From assembly GCA_044507735.1 (NCBI GenBank), contig JBIQJB010000009.1:8746-72745 (forward strand): DNA of 64,000 nucleotides, written 5' to 3'. Position numbers and translations under genes: made by a program. The number at the start of each line of letters is the position of its first letter. Positions within the stretch are counted from its first letter, which is position 1. Below the pieces are notes generated by a model. It worked only from the letters and a program-made list of their open reading frames with translations. It was not told the origin of the DNA and ran no database searches. Positions 1 through 9,511 of the stretch are shown here, in pieces. This DNA is from Nitrosopumilales archaeon (GTDB lineage Archaea; Thermoproteota; Nitrososphaeria; Nitrososphaerales; Nitrososphaeraceae).

Positions 1-73
1 CCGCCAGCACGATGACTGGCCGGTTCAATCGAAGTGATTTCAAGAACTCTTCTTTTGCGCTGTATGTTCTCAT
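1..73 (-). CDS. 5' part of an unknown protein running off the window (MRTYSAKEEFLKSLRLNRPVIVLA...)
   Basis: ATG at 73 lies 2 nt after the stop of the 76..291 ORF and the frame stays open to the window edge, so it looks like the third gene of an operon. Confidence 0.55.
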   Translation of the reverse strand, partial: MRTYSAKEEFLKSLRLNRPVIVLA

Positions 74-75
74 CC

Positions 76-291
76 CTACTCACTTTCGTCGTCCCAAGAT
101 ATTGCGTTCGTGCCCTGGACGAGCATGTTACAGTTGTCACAAAAATACCTGCAATTATCAAAGTAGTCGTAGGACTGCTCCAGTGGCGAATCGCAATCGG
201 GACACGACATTCCATGATGGCCATGATCTTCCATCTCTGCTGACAATTCTGGGGCAACAAGCTGTTGCCTTGATTCTCTTGTCATGCCCAA
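76..291 (-). CDS. small Zn-ribbon protein
   Basis: CPDC...CDNC pair and an HGHH patch; 8 nt downstream of the PIN gene. Confidence 0.7.
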   Translation of the reverse strand: MGMTRESRQQLVAPELSAEMEDHGHHGMSCPDCDSPLEQSYDYFDNCRYFCDNCNMLVQGTNAISWDDESE

Positions 292-299
292 TTTCTCCC

Positions 300-776
300 C
301 TACTGATACACCCTAAAGTTGCCCGGAGTGCATGTCATGATTCCTTCCATCCTTGCAACCATTCGCAAATCGCTATCGTATGTCACGAGTACCGCGCCGA
401 GATTCTTGCAATAAACAAGGTAGATATTGTCTGGAGAATGACAAAGGTTCAGATACTTGGCCTTTAGCTCGTCAGCTTCCGACATTATCCTGCCAACATC
501 TTCGCCGCTGCATTGGCCGACATAGTCTATCTGTCCCATCATTGAGAATGATTCTATTAGTTCCAAAGCCCGTTCGGTGTCAATCTTGGCAACCCTGGAC
601 ACTTCTTTAATCAGGATGCTGGGGACTACTATTCTGATGTCCTTGCGATGAGCAATCTTTTTCCTCAGCTCCAGAGCTTCCGGCTTGTTCTCGTATGCAC
701 TAACTATCGTGCAGGTATCGAGCAGTATCAGTGTCTGTTGCTGTGATGACAGGAGCTTTGCGAACTGGTTCATCAT
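300..776 (-). CDS. PIN-domain (VapC-like) ribonuclease
   Basis: ILLDTC N-terminal strand, ILIKEV, PDNIYL and LVTYDSDL give the acidic PIN motifs. Confidence 0.85.
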   Translation of the reverse strand: MMNQFAKLLSSQQQTLILLDTCTIVSAYENKPEALELRKKIAHRKDIRIVVPSILIKEVSRVAKIDTERALELIESFSMMGQIDYVGQCSGEDVGRIMSEADELKAKYLNLCHSPDNIYLVYCKNLGAVLVTYDSDLRMVARMEGIMTCTPGNFRVYQ

Positions 777-810
777 GACGACAGTTATGGTGGAAATTTA
801 TTTATTGATG

Positions 811-836
811 TTGACGTCAATAACGTTAACAACGTT
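811..836. promoter_or_regulatory. candidate operator in the divergent promoter
   Basis: Palindromes TTGACGTCAA (811-820), TAACGTTA (821-828) and AACGTT (831-836); ACGT cores at 814, 823 and 832; next to TTTAAA. Confidence 0.45.
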
Positions 837-866
837 TAAATCATTAACAATGTAAGCATTAGTTGC

Positions 867-1628
867 ATGCCTACAAACCTTCGAGTCCACGTCTCACCGG
901 TTGGATTTGATCCTCAGGAGCGCGTAACGGCCCCACTGATTGAATACCGCGCCGACAAGGTTTATCTTGTATCAAAAAGCAAGGACGATTCTGCCGCTCA
1001 CCGGCTGAAACAAGTCCGCAAGGCCCTTGAAAAGCATCCACACATTGAAGTCCAAGATGTCTATGTGAATATCTGGGATCTTTTTAGCTGTCTAGAAAAA
1101 TTCCGGACAATCTTTGACTCGGAGAAAGGTAACCACATTCACGTCAATGTCTCCACCGGGAGCAAGATTGTATCTATAGCAGGTATGCTAGCGTGCATGC
1201 TCTGGCGCGGCACTCCTTACTACGCCAAACTGGATTATAATGGTAGTGGACCTTCTTCCAGTCCAGAACAGCGCAGGGTAATCGCTACTGAATTCCTGCC
1301 TGTTTATCAGATAAACATGCCCCAGCCAGAATTGCTGCAAGTACTGTCGATTGTTCATGGTAACGGCGACAGAATTAGTAAGAAGGAATTGATTGAAGAA
1401 TTGCAAGGTCTGAGGATGATTCCGGTGTACGGTCCATCCCAAACAAAGAGTGCTCCACACAGCAGATTGCGAGCGATACTCGAGCCGCTTGAGAATCACT
1501 GGCAATTTGTCCAGGTCGATGCCAGGGGGAGAAGAAGCCAAGTTTCGCTTACTGAGCAGGGAAAAAGGGCTTTGAGAATATTTGGCAGTGGGGAAATGCT
1601 GGCGCAGCAACAATATCGCACGCCATGA
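867..1628 (+). CDS. CARF-like Rossmann + winged-HTH transcriptional regulator (DUF6293/HFX_2341/Csa3-like)
   Basis: VHVSPVGFD..ERV, ADKVYLV and VNVSTGSKI motifs; C-terminal ISKKELIEEL...VSLTEQGK winged helix. Confidence 0.8.
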   Translation: MPTNLRVHVSPVGFDPQERVTAPLIEYRADKVYLVSKSKDDSAAHRLKQVRKALEKHPHIEVQDVYVNIWDLFSCLEKFRTIFDSEKGNHIHVNVSTGSKIVSIAGMLACMLWRGTPYYAKLDYNGSGPSSSPEQRRVIATEFLPVYQINMPQPELLQVLSIVHGNGDRISKKELIEELQGLRMIPVYGPSQTKSAPHSRLRAILEPLENHWQFVQVDARGRRSQVSLTEQGKRALRIFGSGEMLAQQQYRTP

Positions 1629-1794
1629 GAAGCGCTTGGCAATTGGAAGTAAGCCTCTGTTGCAAAAACAAAATTGTCTTCAAAATGCGATGATTGGCAA
1701 GCCCTGCAAGCGACAGCTACGGCATTTGTTGTGAGCACAAGGGTGGTAGCTTCTGTCTGCCGTATGTCAGCAGCCTGGACGCGTTATTATCCGT

Positions 1795-2352
1795 CTATGC
1801 TCGTTTCTTATAGATCAGGACGGCCGCTCTTTCCAGATTCTTGACTGCGTTTGAGACTGATACCAGCGCTATGCCGGTCAGTATTCCTCCCACTCCAAGG
1901 GCCAGAACTGTCACGGAACCAAAATACAATCCATCCTTCAGAGCGAGGGCACCGTACCCTACAGAGTGGATCAAGTTTGCTGTATGCCTGAAATCATCTC
2001 CGATATTTTGCATGTTGTCCGCCAAGGCCTCTAGGTTCGAGCCCATGTCATTCAGCTGGTTCCTCTGTGATGACAGATCGAAAAGTCCCACGCAGCCTCC
2101 GTCCTCAGAACAGGGGAGGGAATTGCCAAAATTCTGCAGTCTGATGCCAACGTCCCTCAGGCTGCTTGAACCGCTATAGAACTCACCCTCTGTTCCGGGA
2201 TTGTAGTTTATCAAATCCCATCCAACCTTATTCAGGCTGTCCAAGGCAGGAGGCAACACTATGATGAATGTGTATGCGGCAAGACCCGTCGTTCCGATGC
2301 CCAAGATTAGGACCACTACCGCCAGCGCGGCTATTACGCTATTGGGTCGCAT
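1795..2352 (-). CDS. hypothetical membrane protein (two TM segments flanking a helical extracellular loop)
   Basis: Hydrophobic N- and C-terminal segments; heptad-like central region with a C-x5-C loop. Confidence 0.7.
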   Translation of the reverse strand: MRPNSVIAALAVVVLILGIGTTGLAAYTFIIVLPPALDSLNKVGWDLINYNPGTEGEFYSGSSSLRDVGIRLQNFGNSLPCSEDGGCVGLFDLSSQRNQLNDMGSNLEALADNMQNIGDDFRHTANLIHSVGYGALALKDGLYFGSVTVLALGVGGILTGIALVSVSNAVKNLERAAVLIYKKRA

Positions 2353-3241
2353 GTCATCGCCCTCCCCGTCCTTTTTCTTGCGCCGTCTGTCGTCTTTTGA
2401 TCATCTGTCTGGCGAATGGCGATGGATTTATTGGATCTGCTGGAGCTGCCGACATTGCTTTGGGCTGAATCGTTGATGAGTATTGATCGCTATCAATTAG
2501 CATGTTCAACTTACTTTGGTAGAACTTTTACGTCATTCGAAGAAAAAATAATTAAGACAATCCTGACGCGGGGTAGCAGAACGGTTTACTAGCATGATAG
2601 GCGCGATTCGGACTCTGGTTCAAATGTTGGCACAATTTTCCTTTAAGATGCCAAAGTTACTCTGGGCTACAGCGTCCTCTGGGTATTTGCATGAAGTAGG
2701 TCCTGTTCTAGAAGAGCAAATATGGTTCAAGGGGTGCGAGCAAAAGGCAAACAGCCTTCCATCTAATGCACTGGAACGCGCCCCTCTGCGATCTTCTCAA
2801 TATGGGCTAACACATCTCTACTGATCTCACACGCGCGAGTTTACACTGTGGGGATGCTCTTGCAGCAACCCTGATAGGTGTCTTTTAGATGATGACATGG
2901 AAAGCTCGCAGGCAGCGCCAGAAGCAAAAATCGGTCTGCCTCTCTTTGCACAGAGATAAAGAGGATCTAATCTGGTCATTCAATAATACCAACGAGATAA
3001 ATCCTGGGCAGCAGTAATGGAATTCCGCAATGAAAAAAATTGAGATGGGTTACCAGATGGTCTCTTTGGCAATGCATGCTTATATGGAACAGCTTGACCC
3101 ACTGGTGGCTACAAGGTCTGCAATTTCCTGAGCATTTTAGGTCGAGCTGGAATGATAAGTTCAGAACCAGCCTGCTAACTGAATCCTAGTCCAATATCCC
3201 GGTTCTGTTATATGCAATATTGCGCATGTGAACGTGTCCTG

Positions 3242-4129
3242 ATGATAAAGCGGGCTAGGCCGGTATGTGGGAATTGCGGCGACGGCCAAAAGGTAACTGA
3301 CACTGAAACGGGCGAGCTCATTTGTATCAACTGTGGCTTTGTCATACGAGAGCGCCTGGGCAACGAAGATGAAGGCTGGAGTCTACCTGATAGGGAGCCA
3401 GAAAGCAGATTGAGGACAAGCCCGACGTCACTTGCTCGCTCTGGCATGGGTCTCTCTACAATCATGGGGCGGCCAGATAGGAGCGGCGGCAGGGGGATCA
3501 ATGCAGCCATGCGGTCCACGTTCGACCGGCTCAGGGCGTGGGATTTTCGGATAAAGGGTCAGGACGAGCGGACTCTCCGGCGCGCATTTGTAGAGCTTGA
3601 CAGGCTTCGAAGCTCACTCGGACTGTCAGATGCTATGGTGGAAAAGGCAGCGTACATCTACAGACGGGCTCAGGAGCAAGGGCTTGTCAGGGGCAGAACA
3701 ATGCGGGCCGTCATGGGAGCAGCCATCTACATCGCGCAGAGAGAGATGGGCATCTCCGGCACGCTCGATGATGTGATTGCTGCAACCAACACGAAGGAGA
3801 AAGACCTCGCAAGATCTTACCGGATGCTCTTGCGGGAACTCGATCTGAAGGTGCCGATGCTAGATCCTTTAAAGTGCGTCTCCCGTGTGGCTGGCAGGGC
3901 CAACATCAGCGAGCGCACAAAGCGAAAAGCCATGGCTATCGTTTCCAACGTCATGAAGAAGGGACTTGCCGTTGGCAGGAATCCGATGGGTCTTGCAGCG
4001 TCTGTCTTGTACATCGCCTGCGTCAGTAGCGGCGAACCGAAGAGCCAGGCTTCGATTGCAAACGCTGCGGGAGTGTCGGAGGTAACGTTGAGAAAGAACC
4101 AGCAGATGATAATGCGGAAAGTGACCTAG
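3242..4129 (+). CDS. tfb: transcription initiation factor IIB paralog
   Basis: Zn ribbon CGNC...TGELICINCG, two cyclin repeats, GRNPMGLAA and AGVSEVTLR HTH. Confidence 0.95.
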   Translation: MIKRARPVCGNCGDGQKVTDTETGELICINCGFVIRERLGNEDEGWSLPDREPESRLRTSPTSLARSGMGLSTIMGRPDRSGGRGINAAMRSTFDRLRAWDFRIKGQDERTLRRAFVELDRLRSSLGLSDAMVEKAAYIYRRAQEQGLVRGRTMRAVMGAAIYIAQREMGISGTLDDVIAATNTKEKDLARSYRMLLRELDLKVPMLDPLKCVSRVAGRANISERTKRKAMAIVSNVMKKGLAVGRNPMGLAASVLYIACVSSGEPKSQASIANAAGVSEVTLRKNQQMIMRKVT

Positions 4130-4512
4130 TCCTCGAAATTCCCCCCCCCATCTTTCCTGCAGGTTTTTGGATACGTCACCAGCCGTTCGATTGTTGTGGC
4201 GTATTTTTCCATATGCAGTGGCAAAAAGTGCTCTACCTTCCGTATGGGCTGCGATTAGTGATTGGAGCACATTTTTTGATTCCTGCCGTTTCAGACTGCT
4301 GCGCTCGTTGCCGAGCAATCAAAGGTCCAGCAATGACATAATTGTGGAGTACAACAACGGCATGGAAAATCCCTAGTTAACAACAAGATGAAGTGCAATG
4401 CACCCGCCTTCCAATAAAGGAACAGGCGTAGACAATGACTACAGCATTACACGTTGCTTCTGCATGAAAAACATGTAGGAAGGGCATTTTTCGAATATGT
4501 TGCATCTCTCTT

Positions 4513-4677
4513 TTAGGCTACTTCAAGCAGGTTAAATTCAAGATCATTGTCGTATTCCCCATTCATTATCTCAGTCCAACATCTCTTGCAAAACGAATCG
4601 TCTTCGACCAATCGCTGTTCAAACGTAACATCAGAAGGATCAAATTCATCCAAGCACATCACGCAGAAATTCGCCAT
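4513..4677 (-). CDS. 54-aa Zn-finger micro-protein, absent from the ORF track
   Basis: Manual translation MANFCVMCLDEFDPSDVTFEQRLVEDDSFCKRCWTEIMNGEYDNDLEFNLLEVA has two CxxC. Confidence 0.7.
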   Translation of the reverse strand: MANFCVMCLDEFDPSDVTFEQRLVEDDSFCKRCWTEIMNGEYDNDLEFNLLEVA

Positions 4678-5232
4678 ATCCTCACTACAACTAATTCTAC
4701 TTGCTTATGAATTTGGTGCAAGCTTGTTCTATTATGGAATTAAGGACGAAAAAGCTCCTGCCGTCTGTGGCGATGTGACAAATCGAAGTCACATCTCTGT
4801 TAGATAACACTCTTGAGAAATAGTCTCGGTTCATCGAGGGAGGCTACTAACGAGACGATGATAGCGAAGTTGAAAGCGAGTGGCTTTTCAGTGGATTGGC
4901 GAGGACCAGCGCTTTTTTCTTAACAAATATCAAGGCGTCCGTCTGCCAAAGACACAGCTTGCCTACGCTATTTGCGCATTCCTGCACCTACTTCCATATC
5001 GCAACATGGCTCCGCCTCCTGGTTGGCGCCCGTGATTGACTTGTGGCTTTTGCAGCTTGGAACTGCTGGGATTGAAATACAAGAAAAATGCATATCTGGA
5101 TAGAGATGTGTATTTTCTCTTTCTAATGATACAATCAAGATCTAGGATAGTCCTAGCTTACATGGTACCCTAACAGGGTCCTATGTTACTGCAGCTTGCT
5201 TAAATGCTACTGCCGCTTGCCTATAGTTGCAC

Positions 5233-6006
5233 ATGCAACAAGTGAGTAGGACGTTTCATGCGTCCAAAGACACTAAGGTAGAGATAGACGAGATCAAAGA
5301 TGGCATTTATAGGATATCCGGATTTGTCAAGGAGTTCGGGATAACATTCAACCAGTTCCTTGTCAACGACGAGCAGCCGACGCTCATCCACACCGGGCCC
5401 ATAGGGATGTACGAGCAGGTGGAGCAAAGAGTAAAGGAGGTCATTCCACTTGAAAGGCTGACCAATGTCGCCTTTTTGCACTTTGAGAGCGACGAATGGG
5501 GAGGCATGGAGTTTCTGAAGGCACCAAAGGCTAGGCTCGTTTGCAGCGACCTGAGCTCAAAACTCAACCTAGTAGGATGGTACAACATGCCCGCGGATCA
5601 CATTTCGTTCTGGGACAATGAGACCCTGAGCACTGGGAAGCGAACATTCAGATTCATGATGACCCCGCACGTGCATCACTGGGACAGCATGATGATCTTT
5701 GAAGAGAGCACAAAGTCGCTTTTCCCATCCGATCTGTTTCTCCAACCGGGGCAAAACAAGCCCGTCATATCCGACGACCTATCAGAAAGCATGATCAACG
5801 TGTACCGTAAGGTAGGAATTTTTGCAAGCGAGCAACCTGTTAGGCAGACCGTGGAGAGGCTAGTAAAACTAAAGCCAGAGATGGTCTATCCTATGCATGG
5901 TTCGTGCTTCGACGGGTCGGTTTTCCCGAAATACGCCGATGCGTTGATGAAGAACGAATTTGCGTATTCCGGAATGCTCCTTGGACAAAAGTTGGAAATC
6001 AGCTAA
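5233..6006 (+). CDS. stand-alone MBL-fold di-iron protein (FprA/ODP-like, no flavodoxin domain)
   Basis: GITFNQFLV, HFESDE, TPHVHHWD, SDLF and PMHG motifs. Confidence 0.85.
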   Translation: MQQVSRTFHASKDTKVEIDEIKDGIYRISGFVKEFGITFNQFLVNDEQPTLIHTGPIGMYEQVEQRVKEVIPLERLTNVAFLHFESDEWGGMEFLKAPKARLVCSDLSSKLNLVGWYNMPADHISFWDNETLSTGKRTFRFMMTPHVHHWDSMMIFEESTKSLFPSDLFLQPGQNKPVISDDLSESMINVYRKVGIFASEQPVRQTVERLVKLKPEMVYPMHGSCFDGSVFPKYADALMKNEFAYSGMLLGQKLEIS

Positions 6007-6226
6007 TGATGGACGCAGGAACCCTGCTGATGTGCGAAGACGATGTCTAACAGATTTATGCCCGGATCTTGGGGGATTGCATTCGGGCCGTTTCCTACTT
6101 GCATCCGGCCGCCGGTTATGTTCGAGCTGCCTGGCGGCCACCCAGAATGACGATTGCAAGCCAATTGCCCAGTTTTTGAATGTTTTTTTGCTACTGCTCG
6201 CACGATACTGCCCAAGGAGATGTTCT

Positions 6227-6349
6227 GAGAAGCTAGTTACCTTGAGCTTTGGAAAGTTAGAATTCGAGTACAAGCTCCAAAAGGCAGACGGCAGCTTGGA
6301 TGCTCCGATAAAAGTTGGATACGACCTAAAGACGAACCGGAGAATATAG
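6227..6349 (+). pseudogene. C-terminal fragment of a T6SS tube protein of the Hcp1 family
   Basis: EKLVTLSFGKLEFEYKLQKADGSLDAPIKVGYDLKTNRRI* matches the Hcp C-terminal signature (V.L.F.KI..EY..Q..DG......G.DL..N). Confidence 0.65.
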
Positions 6350-6443
6350 ATCCACCATCTTCTATCATTTCTTGTGTTGAGATACAGTAGAGAAGTTGTT
6401 GTTTTTCTAAAACCTGTATAGCCTATTTTGCGCACAGAGCTAC

Positions 6444-6656
6444 ATGGGTAAAGGGGATGGGATGAAGATAATCGCGTCCGACTTTCAATGTTTTGTGTGC
6501 GGCGCAGTTTTCACCACAGACCAGGACAGGCGCCAGCACCTTGAAAAGGAGCTGGCAGGCAAGGCTCGCGACGACGCAACAAAGCAGGACATCACGACTG
6601 CAAAAATGCAAACCGAGTTGGCGGAAGTTAACCGTCAACCATACGAGTCTGTCTGA
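6444..6656 (+). CDS. small C2H2-like Zn-finger protein
   Basis: FQCFVCGAVFTTDQDRRQHLEKE. Confidence 0.75.
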   Translation: MGKGDGMKIIASDFQCFVCGAVFTTDQDRRQHLEKELAGKARDDATKQDITTAKMQTELAEVNRQPYESV

Positions 6657-6719
6657 CATCCTCTCCATGCCGCGGAGGGGTACGCTGACGTTCACTCTCC
6701 GTCATGTAGTTCCTGTATA

Positions 6720-6923
6720 TTACCACCACACCTGGAGATCCCGGTACATGTCACTACTGATGCCTTCACACAGACACACCATATTTGCCTGTACCTCTGC
6801 GGAGAGGAGTCTTCCCGCTCTCCTCTTCGCCTGCTCTCTGTCACTGTATTGTCTTGACTGTGGCTTGTTGATTCTTCTCTGCATCGCCCTTATCTTCGAC
6901 CTTGAGGCCACGCTTTTCGGCAT
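6720..6923 (-). CDS. small basic hypothetical protein
   Basis: 67-aa R/K-rich ORF filling the gap between genes. Confidence 0.45.
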   Translation of the reverse strand: MPKSVASRSKIRAMQRRINKPQSRQYSDREQAKRRAGRLLSAEVQANMVCLCEGISSDMYRDLQVWW

Positions 6924-7114
6924 TTCACAAGCCGCAGAACTTCTCGCTGGATGAGCAAGTGCTGCGCATCACTGATAATCCATGCGACCCTGACGGCGAT
7001 TCGTCCTAGTCATCCCATGTTCTAAGGAAAATGGCCTTCTAACAATGTTCTTGTGATTGCACCACAGTGAGCGACCATAATTAAATTTTAATACAATAAC
7101 GCAGAACAGTAGTT

Positions 7115-7663
7115 GTGTCACAGGTCCTCATAGTCGAGGACGACAGTATTGCAGCAATGCAATACAAGGTCGCCTTAGAAGCGAGAAAGCACAAGGTTCG
7201 CATCACACGCGATGGCGAGGAATGTCTTCGAGCGTATAGCGAAGCACTCTCTGCATCGAGGTCCATGGATCCTGAGCTTATGACGCATCCATATGATGTG
7301 GTCATAATCGACTTCAGGATTCCCAAGATCAACGGCGCCCAAGTCGCAATGGAAATTCTCTCATTCAATCCGCGACAAAAAATAGTGTTTGCTACCGCAT
7401 ATTTGAGCGAGCTTATGAATCATTTCCCAGACATTGCGCGGTTGGGGCGCTACATCTCTATTCTTCCAAAGCCTTTCGAATATCGCCTCTTGATAGATGA
7501 GGTTGAAAGCAGAATAATTCGGGACCAGTTACAGGCATTGGGGGTTGATGTGGATGCATTATTGGCAGCAGGTGCCACGCATGATAAGCTTGTGGCACTG
7601 CTTGAAAAGATCAAGGCACTTTCGGATGATGATAACAAAGACAACGGCAGTTCGCTCCGATAG
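7115..7663 (+). CDS. response regulator (receiver domain + short helical tail)
   Basis: VLIVEDD, DVVIIDFRIP (phospho-Asp), FATAY and KPF. Confidence 0.92.
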   Translation: MSQVLIVEDDSIAAMQYKVALEARKHKVRITRDGEECLRAYSEALSASRSMDPELMTHPYDVVIIDFRIPKINGAQVAMEILSFNPRQKIVFATAYLSELMNHFPDIARLGRYISILPKPFEYRLLIDEVESRIIRDQLQALGVDVDALLAAGATHDKLVALLEKIKALSDDDNKDNGSSLR

Positions 7664-7711
7664 TGTCAGATAGGGCAGCACTTGTGAATCAAGGTTGTAA
7701 GCAGGATATTA

Positions 7712-9157
7712 TCAATGTGCTACAGGAAGATCGATGGTAAACGTAGCCCCGCCTGTTTCATTATTGGCTGCAAAGATCAGGCCGGCGTGGGCGGTTATGA
7801 TTTCCTTTGATATGTATAATCCCAGACCTGTGCCCTTGTTGTCACCATCTGCCTTGGAGACGAACTTTGTAAACATCCTTGACAGGACCTCCGGGTCAAT
7901 TCCCCTGCCAGTATCGCTTATTTCGATCCTAACTCTGTCAAGGTCTTGTATTTTCCTGAGAGTGATTGTAATTTTGCCCCTTGCGGTGAACTTGATAGCG
8001 TTGCTGACAATGTTTCCAAGTGCGTGCGTCAAAAGCAGCGCGTCTGCCATGACATACAAATCCCGGCAACTCCCGCTTTCCAATATCAGATCTATTGCAA
8101 TGTCCTTGCCTATCAAAGTGCTACTTCTTAACGGAGAAAGCATGTCTCTCACCAAGTCATAGATTTTGATCCTCTTGAAGTTGCAGGCTAGAACGCCGGA
8201 CTCGATTCTGCTTACATCAAGCATGTCGTTCGCAGTCTGCTGGAGTTCTTTTGCGAGCTGCAATATCCCATCCAACGCTTCTTGCTGTGCAATGTATCCT
8301 TCCTTGGAGAGCTGGGCGTACCCCAATATCGGCTGTATGGGCTTCTTCAGCTGGTGCGATACAAATCCTATGAACTCTTTTTGTGTCCTATCATACTTTC
8401 TCAGCCGGTCGACCATTTCATTAAAGGAATAAGCGAGATTGGATATCTCGTCCTTGCCGTAATCCGACTTTACGGTGACATTGAAGTTCCCGTTCTTTAT
8501 CTCATCTGCAGCTCTTGTGATGTCAATCACTGGCCTCACCATCCTGATGATCACATATAGCATCAAAAGATGAAACCCGACATTGGCAGCGAGCAACGAT
8601 ATCTGCATTTGAACCAGGTTCTCGGATTTTTCCCTGGCATTGCTACTCAGCTGTTCAACTAGGTCATCTGATGCGCCGATCAGATTGCCTCCGGCCACTT
8701 CAATTTCGGCGATGGACATCTTTAGGTCAGCGAGACCCGCAGCATGGGCTCGGGTTTTCTCGTTTATGGAATCCTTTAGTTCAAGGCGCCTTTCATTGAT
8801 CACGTCCCAGTACGGGTGGTACATGGGTGAAAGCGGCTCGAGGTCTTGATCCGAGATATGGCTTCCTGCTTTAAGAGCATCGATGGTGGAATCAAGCTCA
8901 GAGAGAGCTCTGTCAAGTTCTGATATCTCTGATTGCCCCAGAAGATATTTTTCAACATGAAGAATCACCTCGGAAGTAAGAAACCGATTCTTCCCAGCAA
9001 TATTGATCGAGTTGCCAATCAAAGCCGACTGCGATTCAAAGTATGTTAGTATTGCAAAACTGGCAATGATTAAGGCTATCTCTATGGCTACCAAGATGCC
9101 GATTCGTGTAACAATACTTCCTTTCTTGAGAGTCAGGAGGGAGTGTCTTCTCCGCAT
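7712..9157 (-). CDS. membrane sensor histidine kinase: NarX/PilJ-like sensor, HAMP, HisKA, HATPase
   Basis: TM, INIAGKNRFL, TM, HAMP (DEISNLAYSFNEM), SHQLKKP, NAIKF, DTGRG and GTGLGL; start placed at ATG 9157, downstream of a TATA-like tract. Confidence 0.92.
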   Translation of the reverse strand: MRRRHSLLTLKKGSIVTRIGILVAIEIALIIASFAILTYFESQSALIGNSINIAGKNRFLTSEVILHVEKYLLGQSEISELDRALSELDSTIDALKAGSHISDQDLEPLSPMYHPYWDVINERRLELKDSINEKTRAHAAGLADLKMSIAEIEVAGGNLIGASDDLVEQLSSNAREKSENLVQMQISLLAANVGFHLLMLYVIIRMVRPVIDITRAADEIKNGNFNVTVKSDYGKDEISNLAYSFNEMVDRLRKYDRTQKEFIGFVSHQLKKPIQPILGYAQLSKEGYIAQQEALDGILQLAKELQQTANDMLDVSRIESGVLACNFKRIKIYDLVRDMLSPLRSSTLIGKDIAIDLILESGSCRDLYVMADALLLTHALGNIVSNAIKFTARGKITITLRKIQDLDRVRIEISDTGRGIDPEVLSRMFTKFVSKADGDNKGTGLGLYISKEIITAHAGLIFAANNETGGATFTIDLPVAH

Positions 9158-9511
9158 ATGGGTTAATCTTTTAAAGATATAAACAAGCGCGTTTTTGACC
9201 GCTTCTCCAGTCGAAACCACAAAAGACAGCGAATAAGTACGCAACTTATTGCCAAATCTGTCAGCCTGCATCCGGTATTGCAATCTTGAAAATTTGGATA
9301 GTATTATCCGGATAGGGTGCATTGTAGAGCATGCAGGGACTTTGCAATAGCCTTAGAACTCCGCTCGTTCTCTACATGCTCTACCGAAAATGCTACTGTA
9401 TAAATAAACCAAAAGTTTCTTCAGATCGCACAATCCAGACTCACAATCAAGTTTTGAAATAATGTAAACTACTCCAACAAAGTTTTAAGGAATGGTAATG
9501 CTCGGCACGCA

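Noticed and set aside
2520-3200. Possible gene or pseudogene upstream of tfb
   Set aside because: All frames are interrupted and no family motif was recognised
5960-6226. 129-aa ORF as a full-length Hcp
   Set aside because: The N-terminal two-thirds overlaps the MBL gene and shows no Hcp similarity; only the tail is kept
6945-6998. C/D-box sRNA (GATGA...CTGA...CTGA)
   Set aside because: The C box is degenerate and I could not match either guide to rRNA or tRNA
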